Below, in pieces: positions 23,201 to 35,636 of a stretch of DNA of 64,000 nucleotides. Where the stretch lies: positions 64,892,788 through 64,956,787 of the forward strand of contig CM120640.1 in the NCBI GenBank assembly GCA_051362555.1. Reading direction: 5' to 3'. Below the pieces are notes generated by a model. It made no database searches and had not been told where the DNA came from. It saw nothing but the letters and a program-made list of their open reading frames with translations. The first letter of the stretch is position 1. Each line of letters opens with the position of its first letter. Made by a program: the position numbers and the translations under genes. The DNA is from Lingula anatina (taxonomy: Eukaryota; Animalia; Brachiopoda).

Positions 23201-26200
23201 AGCTGATTTATTATTATAAAAGATGGGTATTCTCAAGAATCCTGAAAATCTTGTTCTTAAGAATTATGCAAGGTTAATCAAAATATTAATTAAAGTAACA
23301 AAATGTACAATTTGTCAGGTAATTTAACACAAACCTTGCCTAATAAAGTTAAATAATATTTTTAGTGTACCCATAAAGCTTATTAATATAAATTAATAGA
23401 AAAAATGCACATATTGGATAATTATAATAGATGTGACGAAAAATCGATGAAACCAATAATTATAATGTAGCATCTGTACAGCTTCAATTCATTCGACAGC
23501 ACGAGAACACGAAAACGGGTGGAACAAAGTAACAAAGTAGGAGAGGTGGGTAACAAACCGCGCACCACAATAAAGAAATATTTTGAAAATGCACTAAGAT
23601 GTGAATAATATTGTAACGTTTAGAAGGTGACTGCAATTATTCGACCCAAGGCTAAACCAGTCTTGTCGTAACTGCTGCGATTCAATACATGATGTGGTTT
23701 AAACAGATGCCTGACGTTCCTAGCTGATTCAACCGCTATTTCCACATTATATGAAGATAATTGGTAATACAAACCTGCATCACGAAAAGCTAACCTTTTG
23801 ACATACAGGTATTTAAAGAATCGCTGATGTGAGATGGCGAATAAGAGTCAGAAGAACTTTTTGATTAGCGGGTGGCAAATCCTTAATGGTACATGAGAAA
23901 AGGTGGGAATAACAAGAAATTATATGATTAATGTTATAAGAACTACCGAGCAGAGGCAATGAGAGAGGGTTGAGATGAATAGCCCCATTTATACCAAGTC
24001 ATCGCACAAACGAAAGCATCTTTTAGGAAAATGAGATTTAAAAAATACGATGGTTCTCTCGAGCAATTGTTTTTGTAGACAATATTTATTTTTTGTTAGA
24101 GTGACGGAGAAAAACTACAGCTAATAGTGATGGTGGCATTGATGTATTGTTTTTGTATGTATTTTAGAGATTTATCCTAGACAAACGTGACTGACTGTGT
24201 AGAGCAGCGTCAATGGCGAATAAACACCAATTAAAGAATCAGGAAAAAAGCTAATTGATGCTGATCGATGATTGGGAACTACATGCATCTTGACACCCTG
24301 GAGAATTAAAAAAAGCACGCGAGATGGGGACTATCGTTTAGACAATCAAATCCTAGTCCAGGTCCAGATGAAGTTTAAACCAATATTTTCGTGTCAGTAG
24401 GTTTGACCAAGAAGTGTCACGAGCGGAAGATACTGGTGACAATTTACACAGATGAGAGTGACGCTGTTATTGACGTAAATCAAGTGTGCTGTTCAAGGGG
24501 AGCCATGCAGAACACTGGCACACCTTATTACTTCCAGCTAAATACACTCCTCGCCAACAATTATTCAGACTTCGCCATGTCCATCTTTTTGACACTTGAC
24601 CGGTTGGTTGGTCATCATTAGAGGACCTAACGTGAGACTGCCCACCCTCGTTCTCTCCGTGACAGTTTTACCCGGTACATCATTACAAGGTCATCATCAC
24701 CATCACGTATATTTCTAAATATGTGACTTCACGTCATTTCTTTGATTAAAATCCACATTCCTGTCAAAATTTGAAGTCTAAAGTCTAATGCAAAGTTTTT
24801 TGAGTCAGTTATCTACTTATTGCGCACACGCAAACATACATAAAGACAGTATCGCAATCATAACCGTAAAGGAAATAGTAGCACAAAACTTCCAGCAATT
24901 TTGAAGAACCTGATACTTAGTGCATAACACGAGCATCAGAGCCTGGCTTTTAGAAACACTGTCGATCGATAGAAATCCACACTGTTGCACTAGATGAAAG
25001 AAATTGTGAACATTAATGAAACAAGACAATGAAACTGTGTGATATATCTAGGCAATCCACCCCGTTCCTTTATTTGTTTTTTGTTTTGTTTTTTCTTTTT
25101 ACGACTTTTTCTTCTTTTAATGACTATAAAGTCGAGCCCTCAACTACATTGTATAACCCCCCTCCCTGCATTTTGTTTTTGTTCGATTTGTGCAACAAAT
25201 AATAACATTTCTTACATAAGGCTTTCAAAATCTACGACTTCGAGCTTTCAGTTGCCTTGATTCCCAGGTGTGATCTTGGAAGGGCAATTTTTTGTTTTTG
25301 CTTTAATCATCATTAATCTTCTCTCGTGTCATGAAAATCCCTCAATTAGCCAAAATGTTTTAGTGAACGAGACATCGATTGCATGCATCTTATCTTCCAA
25401 ACCGATCTACATATTAATGCATGCAAACTTTTGATATCAAAGTGGCAGCCGCACTGCAGGACCTCTTTCGTGTAATGAATATTAAAAAGTTCACTGGCCT
25501 CAGCGGGAAAACAATCGTTTTATTTTCGATTTTACTCAGTAATTTGTATTTTAATGCATTTGCACTGACAAGATAAGAAAAGTTCCACGTTTCGTCTTTC
25601 AAAAGATTCTCAAGGGTTTTGCATGACCAGAAGATAATTACTAAGCCTTTTTTTAATAGGCCTGTCCGCTACATTGACAATTTTGGCTGTTTTATGAGGT
25701 ATAAACTTCATGTTGACGCACAGCCTTAGCTGCCAAATAAATAAAACGTAACATGGGAGAAATTAATGGTTTCATGTGCTATTCGTATTTTAATAAAGAT
25801 TGCTATGAGTGCCTTTAAAAGTTGCTATATTGTTAACAAAATGTTTTAAAAAGCGCGGTCAAGGTGTGCACCTGGTGCACGTGCTGTCTGTCCGGTCTGT
25901 TTTCATGTTTTCAATCACAGAATGCATCGTATGATATTTCGTACCAAGATTTGCTTTTGAGTGTTTATTTCCCTGCTTTGATTACACCACATGCATCATG
26001 TATTCATTGTTAAAGCAACATTTCCTTTATATTTTCCGACGAGTCATGTACTCCATTTCCTTTATAAAATTACAGATCGATTTAGACTCCAACCATGCAT
26101 CTTCCATATTGTCCCATTTTAAGGGTTTTTTATCTCTATGTACGTTGCAGGGAAGATTGAAATCCAGTCAAATTTTAAAGAGTTTACCGCTTATCTAATG

Positions 26201-28330
26201 AAAAATTTCAGTGGAATTTATGTGCGATCTGGAAAACAATAATCTGTAAAACAATAATTAATATTTGTTTTCTACTTTAAAAAACAACTTTGAAGTATTT
26301 TTTTTACTTTTTTGTGAAGATATTTTATAGTATTGGGTTAGGCCTAAGAATGGTATATCACACCAGACTGCGTTCTGACTACTGCAGTCAAAATTTAAAG
26401 CAAAGGATATACGGCGTGGATTGACCTAGGCTAGTGTAGTCCGACTATTCTGAAGACAGGCCTTGGGGATATTAACGTAACCCATATTATTGTAGCACGG
26501 ATTGCCAATTAAACAGATACGCCGGTATTGAAGACTACAGCACTGCTAGAACATTTTAGTCAATCCCCATATTTTATAGTACTTGGACATTGTTGTCTTG
26601 GAAACCAATCGTACTATGCTGTTGCAGTTGAGGTCCGTATAGCAAAGTGATCATCCATTAATTGTAAACCTTATTGCACCACATCAAATGTGATTATCTA
26701 CGCTTATTCTTTCACTTATTTCGTACTTTATTTCCTAAATAGCGCTATCAGTTACAGCAAATCTGGTCATTAATGGTTATAGAATAGGAAATCACCACCT
26801 CGGGATGAGCGAACTAGACTGATAAATGAAAAATGTATAATTACAAAAGACAGCTGTGAATTAGATGCCACCTCTCGTTACGAAAGGCAAAGTTAACAAC
26901 ATGGAGATGGGGGAGGGGGGGTGGGGGGCTTGCGGTGGTGAAAGGTTGCATTCCAAAAGGCACGTGCGCTTGAATTGCAAAATAGTGAGTACAAAATTAA
27001 TTTTATTGAAACGATTAAAGTAAAGTTACATTTTAATAAATCTGGGCACATTTGAGTAAATTATATTCTACACAGTTCACTCAATCATGACAATCGTTTT
27101 CTTTATTTGATCACAACTATACGCTTGCTATTGAAAAACCTGTACCTGTGCCACGTTCGCCATATGCATGGCAGACGTTACAGTTATTCCATTCTTCATC
27201 ATTTTTGGTGTAATTGAATGTTTTGTTTCTGTTTGCTCATTGTTTTAATGATTTACTTTTAAAAGATATTGGGCGTCTGAATAAAGAGTAGAAAGTGGCC
27301 ACAAAAGGCATGGTTTGTATTTCAGTAATGTAAAGATCAGTGATGCAGTTATTTAGTAATAGTTTAAGATCTAATATGCTTTTCACACAACCTAGAGCAA
27401 ATAAAATAAAGGTAGTTTCGCTATATAGATTACTCAAATGTGCCATGTTTAAAAATTTGAACTCAAGTAGAGATAATTTTAAAAGAGATGCTCTGTCTCA
27501 TAACAAATGAAATGATAAGGACTTTCTGTCCGGACAAGCCAAATTCAAAAGTTCCAGATAACGCGTTTGGAGGCGACACAACGTATATTAAATGATAAAT
27601 GTAAAATAAAAGATGAGTATTTTATGTGAATGCTTCTAAAAGACACTTAAATACTGTATTGAAATATTCTTAATTTTGTGATCGGTTAGCAATATATGGC
27701 ATAACTAGATATACCATGATTGTAACATTTCAGCGCATGGAGAGGCTCATAATGACTAGAAAGGGCAATGGATTTCATACGGGCAGACATGAAAGCCGAT
27801 CCAGATAACTGTCTGATTGTGTTTCTTAATTGAACCAAAATGAAAACAATGGCATAACAGGATTATCGGAAAAGTAATCAAAACCTGTTTAGTGTTAATG
27901 AATATTAATATCATCCCAGAGTGCTAGGAAGTCATCTTCATTGTATTAACATTCAATGCGACAGTCATGCACTCATATATGACAATTTCAAAAGTTAGCG
28001 ATGTTACAACACACATATAGATGCCAGCTGTATTATGCGTAGTGTTTGCGCTGTTACTTGTGGAAACCAGTTCATGCTTCATCTTGCTCATTATTCTTTA
28101 AGTTAATAGGAATAAAAGTCATATCTTTGTCTTATTCAACTGAATATGACTTGGGTATCCTCATTACCACGCTGACACAATAGGGTTATGTTCTCGCCGT
28201 ACCAGTAGTTTTGTTCAAATTGGCGTTGGGAACGCTTTTCGTCAAATAAGCGACGTTTGAAAGCTTCAGTAACCAAAACTTTACAGATAAAAGATTCCTT
28301 GCTTCCTTCTGATTCATATACGCAAACTTC

Positions 28331-29296
28331 CTAGCTTTCGCAAGGAGTTACTTTGGTTATACTGGGTCTTTGCCCATTGTTATTTTGTGGGGTTTGTCTT
28401 GAAAGTGTTTCAACACTGCCATGACGTGAATCGCACTCTTCGAGTTTGTCCTTCTTATGTTTCTTAGGTCTCACTCTAGAGTGAGAATAATACAGAAAGA
28501 AATTGCTGACGATGATCGGGATTGTCAGAGCCAGCAAAAGAACGCCACAGAACGCTGCTATGGCACCGACGACGTAACCAGGCCCTGAAGTCGGATAGAA
28601 ATCGCCGTAACCTACAGTGGTCAAGGTGATGATTGACCACCAGAGCGTTGTCGGAATATCCGGGTACTGGCAAGCAGGGTTGTTGATGTTGTCTGCAAAG
28701 AACATCAGCGATGAAAAAATCAACATGCTGATACAGAGAATGACGAGTGTAAGGGCTATCTCTGCAAGACTCTCCTTCAGCGAGTACAGAATCACTTTCA
28801 TTCCAACATAAGACTTGGCCAATCGGAAGATACGAAAAACGCGGGCAATTTGAAGGATGTGGATGAAGTCCAGAACAGAGTGCGTGAATAATTCTTTGGG
28901 GTTAGAAATGTTCATTATCAGTTCTATGTAAAACGGCACCACAGCTATTAGATCGATAATAGTCAGTGGTTCCAGAAAGAAACGACATTTTCGTGGACAA
29001 AATATAAACCGCATCACCAATTCAAATGTGAAAAAGCATGCACATATCACGTTTATTATTTCCATAGCCGGATGAAGAAGGCTATATGATTCGTTTGCAT
29101 GCGCTGCTGAGGTTTTATTGGCGAGGTCGTTGTATTCATACATTATTTCCTGGTACGTTTGGTCATCAACGTGGAATATTGAAAGCAAATTCTCCCATTC
29201 TGGATCACCTGGCTTGATGCGGAATGCTTCATGGGTATCCATGGCAAACACGAGTATCGACACAATGACAAAGAACAAGGAAACGCTCAGATATAC
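28331..29296 (-). CDS. Shaw/Kv3-family voltage-gated K+ channel paralog A, exon 2 (S1-S6, C-terminus)
   Basis: ctttcag|GTA TAT CTG...; S4 ILQIARVFRIFRLAK, pore WWSIITLTTVGYGD, S6 LALTIPIIVSNFFLYYSH (Shaw-type SNF..YYSH). With exon 1, about 489 aa. Confidence 0.95.
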   Translation of the reverse strand, partial: VYLSVSLFFVIVSILVFAMDTHEAFRIKPGDPEWENLLSIFHVDDQTYQEIMYEYNDLANKTSAAHANESYSLLHPAMEIINVICACFFTFELVMRFIFCPRKCRFFLEPLTIIDLIAVVPFYIELIMNISNPKELFTHSVLDFIHILQIARVFRIFRLAKSYVGMKVILYSLKESLAEIALTLVILCISMLIFSSLMFFADNINNPACQYPDIPTTLWWSIITLTTVGYGDFYPTSGPGYVVGAIAAFCGVLLLALTIPIIVSNFFLYYSHSRVRPKKHKKDKLEECDSRHGSVETLSRQTPQNNNGQRPSITKVTPCES

Positions 29297-29756
29297 CTGA
29301 AAGGACAGGAAGGATTTATGAGAAATGGGGAATAATCTAATAAAATGTGGCAGCTATCAATCCAAATTACAGAGTTTGATATGTAAATTACGTGAGAACG
29401 CTTGCCATAGGTAAGAAAAATAATGTTTACATGTAAGTTAATGCATTAACCCCTAAGGTAACCTCCTAAAATTTGAATTTTATCATGGATAAAATTGTTC
29501 AACTTAAAGGTGACAGGACGTAAGATTCTAATAATAATAAATCTCAATAGTCTGTACTTCAGTTTTGAATCTTTACTGCATTGCATTCAAATTATTGAAT
29601 TACACATGGCGCTTTTATCAAAATCATAAATTAAGTCACGACCTCTCTTTAGTAAGTTAACTGGAAGTTCAAACACTTGAAATCAGGATAAAAAAACGGT
29701 CGTCTGGAGGTATGCGAATGTGCAAACCTGTCAGATACACTCACGGGAGTCTTGCG

Positions 29757-29931
29757 CATTCAGAACAGTGGACCAGCAGATCTGGGGATCAATCATGGCA
29801 ACCGACTGAAAAACTTGCCGCTTAATTCCCGATTAGACACTGAAGAGATTCCCCGCGGGGATTACGCAGCAAGTATTCTAGTGGGTCGGCCATATTTGAT
29901 CCGTGGATCTGTTAGTCCGCTGTTCTAAATG
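29757..29931. mobile_element. Degenerate palindromic MITE (same family as 14781-15081)
   Basis: CATTCAGAACAGTGGAC ... GTCCGCTGTTCTAAATG with inner imperfect pairing; right arm resembles 14990-15075 and 5363-5440. Confidence 0.55.
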
Positions 29932-30230
29932 GACTCATAGATGGTTAAGATGGTCGCATGTAGTTTTGTTATGGGGCAACAAGGTCTCATCAGTCTCAAG
30001 TCACTCTCTAATGGATCTCACGATGGGCTCTCAAAAATGTTACCAGTCGTTGCAGTAGGTTTGCAAGTACATGTAGGTCTCATAGCGATCGCCAACGGTC
30101 GAGTAGAAGTCTTACAGGAATTTCCATGTACTAGCAACTCGATTTCTAGCAGTGGCGCTGGGTTTCACCTGCTTGAACGCTAGAAACTTGATTTTGGTGA
30201 CGCCAAAAACAATGACATCAACTTGAGAAC

Positions 30231-32129
30231 AACTAGAGGATCAGAGAGGCGATACCGCCTCCGGATATTGTACCACCAGCTGGAGTAAGCGCATTCGTAT
30301 GGACCCCCCCCCCACCCCTCCAAAAAGGGACGCCATCACCAGTCTTGTGCTTGACAAGCTCTATAAGATGCAATCAATAAGAGTTCTCAAAATATGCAAA
30401 AAAATATAACTAAAAATGGTATAATCAAGCAGATTTTCGAATTGACTTGCATTTTCCTACCCTTGATCACTCCTGTATTCTCTAGACAAAAGGCCTATTG
30501 GTTTTCCCAACTTGGTTTTCCTTGAAAAGTGTTGTCAATGGTGCATATATGCTGACAAAAGAGAAAACCTAGGGGCAACAAGGAGCACATCTCTGCTAGT
30601 TTTAAAGATATGAGAGGCAAGAAAATATGCAAAGATCAGTTCATGGTGAAAAAGTAGGTCAAAGGTCAATTTCAATATCATAGTAAATGAATTTCTATTC
30701 AAGTTCAATAGCAACTATGGGTATTTCTTTGCCAATTTTGCAGATTTAAAGGCCTGAAAACATGCAAAAAGCAGTTCATCATAAAAAGTAGGTCAAAGGT
30801 CAATTTCAAGGTCACAGATTGCTAGTGTATTACTTCCTATTCAAGTTCAATAGTAACTATGGACCTATCTCTGTCAGTTTTGGAGATAAAGGAGAAAGAA
30901 AATTTGCAAAGTTCAGTTCATAGTAAAAAGATGGTCAAAGGTCAATTTTAAGGTCACAGTAAATTGCCAGTATATGACTTACTACTTAAGTTCAATAGTA
31001 ACTATGGACCTATATCTGCCAGTTTTGATGATAAAATGGAAAGAAAATTTGCAAAGTTCAATTCACGATGAAAAGTAGGTCAAAGGTCAACTTCAAGGTC
31101 ACACTTAGATTGCCAGTATATGACTTCCTATTCAAGTTCAATAGTAACTATGGACCTATCTCTGCCAGTTTTGGAGATAAAAGGGAATGAAAATTTGCAA
31201 AGTTCAGTTCATGGTGAAAAGTAGGTCAAAGGTCAATTTAAAGGTCACAGTAAATTGCCAGTATGTGACATCCTATTCAACTTTAATAGTAACTATTGAC
31301 CTATCTCTGCCAGTTTTGGAGATATAATGTTACAATTCTGAGTTACAATAATGTGCCACCACAATGTACTTTTTAATACAGCATAACACGAAAACCGTAT
31401 GAAATACTAAAAACGGAGACCATACGCAAGGTTGGGCTTTACATGCTCTACAAAATGCAAAAAAGAACGGGTCGCTAGCATTAACGGTTCCCGAATTAGA
31501 GACAGTTTTCAGTTTCGGTATCTTATGGCCGCTTCTCCCGTGAAAATGCACCGATTGACACCAAATTCACGGAGATGAAAGAAGACCCAAAGGGTAACAC
31601 TTTCCAATAATATTATTGGTTAAGTCTGTGTAGTGTCTGAATAACAGCGCAAATAATATTTTTTTGTAAAAAATTTCATTTTTTTGAAAATTTTGGCCCG
31701 TTTGACCTTGAAATAAAGGTCAAAGGTCAAATCCAAGGGCATATTTGAAATCTACACGTATGACTTTTGGAAAGCCGTCTGTAGAAAATTTTCCCATAAT
31801 TCCTTCCGTAGGGTAGATAATTGGCATTGAATTTTCAAAAATTTTGACAAGGGTGCATTTCAACGAGCGTCACGCCCAGGTTAATGTACCGACTGAGACA
31901 AAAAAACCTGGGGGTTCAAGTTGAGGTTATATGTGACCTCAATCCAAGAGATGGGGACAGGGGTCCTTGCGGTCTAGGAGGAGAAGCGGTAACGGTGACT
32001 TGTATCCGGCGCCAGTACGCGGAGCCGGCGGAGCTTACGGAGCCGGCGTACGGAGCCGGCGGAGCCGGACGAGACGGGTCGGGACTAAAACCATGAGTAC
32101 CGCCAGCGTACACGCTGGTGGTACTAATA
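30231..32129 (-). mobile_element. HINE-like element copy 3 (complete, inverted) in the intron of Kv paralog A
   Basis: Reverse complement has both termini of copy 1 (TTATTAGTACCACCAGCG 5'; GGAGGCGGTATCGCCTCTCTGATCCTCTAGTT 3') and about 5 array units. Confidence 0.82.
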
Positions 32130-32574
32130 ATACCAATGAGAGTGTTCGCTTTAAGGTTTCTATAGCAATGCAACCAAACATCAATTTCACTGTAAAGCCA
32201 TCAAGTGAAGCATAACTCAAAAGTTGCGTAACCAGCATGCCTTGTAACTAGAGGGTCTCTCGTGACCTGTGAGACCCATCGGGGAGTGACTTGAGACTTC
32301 ATGGAACCATGTTACGCCAACATGAGGCCTCTTGTGATGGTCACTGGTCGCAAGACTTTGCCAGTCTTATGAAAAATTACATTGAAAACCGGAGAACGAT
32401 GAAGAGTGATGTAGACGAAAAGGGACGACTTGGGAGACAATCAAAATCAAGGCACCATCTTGATGCCCTATGGCTGTTCTTAGTGACCGATAGCGAGAAT
32501 AGGTCAAAAATGTTCTGTCCCACTCAAACAAGTAGATTTGGATTTATAATTCTACATTGTTTTTAAAGACTTAC

Positions 32575-33078
32575 CTTGGCGCCTAGGCTAGATGAAGGGT
32601 TGTCTAAGTAGTTCCACACTTTTCTTCTAGTTGTCTCCCATTTAGATGCCTTCCTATTTTCTTGCACTTCCATGTCTTTGCCTAAAAAGGAATCAAACTT
32701 AGCCAGAGAAGCCTTTTGTTCTTGAAAATTCGAGTAGTTCACCCAGCAACATTCCACCACTTCATTTTCGTCTATTCCCCAGAACTCCAGCTCGTTCTTC
32801 ATGGCCGGTCCGCACGTGTCCAGTGGAACATGCAGCTCGCCGGTGCGGTAAAAGTTCAGAATAGCGCAAAATATACCGGGGTGTCGGTCGAAGAAATAGT
32901 CTTCCTTTGCAGGCCGATAATAGCGCATCAGTTCCTCCTTATCTGCTAGTAGACCTGTCGCTTTATTCTGGAGAGTGTGCAAACTGACTTCATGGATTGA
33001 CCCCCCAACGTTCAATCGAACGGTCCCGCCATAGACGCCAGCCTCCCCATCTGGAGTACCCGTGACCTTTAAGCTCAT
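32575..33078 (-). CDS. Shaw/Kv3-family K+ channel paralog A, exon 1 (T1 domain)
   Basis: VRLNVGG...YFFDRHPGIF..ILNFYRTGELH-X5-C-X20-CC (Zn site of non-Shaker T1); ends LGAK|gtaagt, phase 0. Confidence 0.95.
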
Positions 33079-33975
33079 TCTAAGTTACTGACCAAATTTT
33101 CACTGTAGTACAAGCAGTTTGTGCAACAGCTTCCGCTCCGTGTACACAACTATGTGATAGAAGTATGGTTTTTGGTCCGGCGACAAAAATTCTTGCGATG
33201 GCCAGGCCGCGATCGCGATTGATTTAAGTTCCGTTCTTCGATACTAACTGCCCCTAAATGCCAACGATTGTTTTCTTGTTGCCTTTGACAGTCACATCGA
33301 TTGACATTCTTTGAATACAATTAGAGTTCCCGTGCAATAGTATCTCGTCAGCAAGGTGATGCAGTACGTCATTCAACATGAAAGGAAACTGGCACCTGGA
33401 CTTAGTACTAGATCTAGCTCGCTTTGAGTGTCTCGCTTTGAAACAAGGAGAAAATGTGTTCGTGCAACATTCACCGAATAATCCACTTGCAGCTGTGCAA
33501 TCAGATTTGAACGTCAGGAACTACGTAGCGAAGAGTCCTCTCTGAAAAATTAACAGCCAAATTATTTTCATACCATTTTGCCTATTTTGAAATCAAGTAT
33601 GTGACCAGCACAACAGCTTGTTTGTTTTGTTTCGCACTATTTATTCAGCGTCTGTGCTATGTGTCACAGCGACCAAACAGTGATGATGGTAATGTAGACT
33701 GTCAATAATCTAAACAAAGAGCATCGATTGAACTCTTCACAAACCTGCACTTATAAAAGTGAAAATTGATTCTTATGAATGATTGGCAATTAAATGGGAT
33801 TTATTAATGCTGAAAACCTTTCCTGATATTGGGCCATACAGATAACCACACATCTTTTGGACGAGATCACCAATTGTCCGTTTATCAAACTTTTCTCTTT
33901 TTTTTTTTTTTTTTTTTTTGACAATATTTATACTTTTACTTTTAAATGCATATTAACTTTGATTGTCTTTAAGTA

Positions 33976-35636
33976 CAGACTTGACATTTAATATGGAATA
34001 TTTCAGTTTCGAAGGTATGCCTAGGTAAAAATTCGTTCTTTTTTCAAAAAACTCCTATCTCATATAGGATTTGTGAATGGAGAAGTGTGTAGTCTGGTGT
34101 GTCGCTACCAATTAACTGACTTCCATGTCTGTTGCGCTGCTACTTTATGTAAAGTGCGGTGATTTAATTGGGTAGTGTTCCTTTGGGCTGGTCAATGCTT
34201 GGCTTAGGCAAATCTTGGTTCTGTCAAAAAAGTATCCGTATGTCGGCAACTATTCCAAAGAAGAATTTGAAATTTTGCATGCAAGCGGTCAGTTTTGCAG
34301 TGCGTAAAATTAGCTAATGAGTGCTTTATAAATTTGTAAATTTGTGGCAGAATGGCGCGAAAAAGACAGACATTACCAGACAGATTACAGCGCCAAACGG
34401 AACGGTCCGCACAGTTTTATAGAGTAATGCCCAGACTGATGTAACTACACAGAGGTCACACCCAATGCATCGAAATCTTATCTCCAGGGTACAGGACGCA
34501 CTGTCTTTCGGGATACGCTGCTGCAACTAAACAAAAGCCACCCAGTCTGTTCAGAACGAGGGGTAAATTGCCACCAAAATGCGTTTTTCAAGGCCCTTAA
34601 CGAGCACCAAACTGGTTTTAGCAGGTTAGAATACCAGATGACCTGCGAGGTACCCACTGTAAACAGCAAAACATCGTCGTCTGTTTCTCTAATGAATTGG
34701 GGGCCATGACCGTTTCTGGGTTGAACACTGAAACCGCGTGGCTTTCTTTATTGAGGTCAGATTTCACCTGTACCTCCCAGCTAGTCAAAACAGAGTTTAC
34801 AGACATCCAGAAGAGGCCTACGACGAAGCATGTACCGCGTGTAAAGTGACACGGGTCATTGACAGCGTCAGTATTTGGAGTGGATACCACATTGGTGCCA
34901 AAACACCAATGGTAGTCATTGACGAAAACCTGAACCAGATCAAATAAAGGAATAATCTGGGAACCACTTGACTATCATTGGATAAGGGGCACCTTAGGAA
35001 CAATTTTAGGTTGCACGGTCAGATTGCCAGTTCACACAGAGCACTTTTAATAGCAGATAACTTACAGAACCAAGGGAATGAGCAGCTACCCTGGTCATCA
35101 AAATCGCCACATTTGAACCGCATAGACAATATGTGGGTAAGCCATTACTCGCCGAATCAACTGCTTACATGCCCTACATCAAAACTGGACCAAATTGGAC
35201 AATTTTGGACCGATGCCTGGAATAATATTCCAGATTGAACTCTAAAAACTTTTCCCAAGGAATGCCTTGCCGCTTGAGAGCGCTGGTAACAGACAGAAGA
35301 GGCCAGGCGTAACAGCGACCGTTACTATGACTACACACTGACATGAGGGTCCATTGTGTAGCGTATAACTCTTTTACAGACGATAATTTTGAAAATATAG
35401 AGATCCAAAATATCTCTTTCAATGGATGTCGTATGACATAGAATAGGCAATGTATTTCTGTTTGCCTCACTGTCGAATTCAACCAATGAGCTGGTGTCAG
35501 CATGACATCAAAGAGATAATTTAAAGTTATTAAAACACGATTTTAATCCTTATCTTCATTTATCAGTCAGCAAAATAGCAAAAAACTGATGAAAAATGAC
35601 TTGGAAAAAAATATTCCATATTAAATGTCAAGTCTG
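33976..35636 (+). mobile_element. Tc1-family DNA transposon with decayed transposase
   Basis: TA|CAGACTTGACATTTAATATGGAATATTT ... AAATATTCCATATTAAATGTCAAGTCTG|TA (28-bp perfect TIR, TA TSD). Broken transposase motifs SVSIWSG, WSSKSPHLNRIDNMW (cf. WPSQSPDLNPIENLW), and an out-of-frame GMPCRLRALV. Confidence 0.9.

Noticed and set aside
22600-24620. Possible decayed coding sequence or transposon between the ankyrin gene and Kv-A
   Set aside because: Only short ORFs with no motif I can recognise; needs a translated search.
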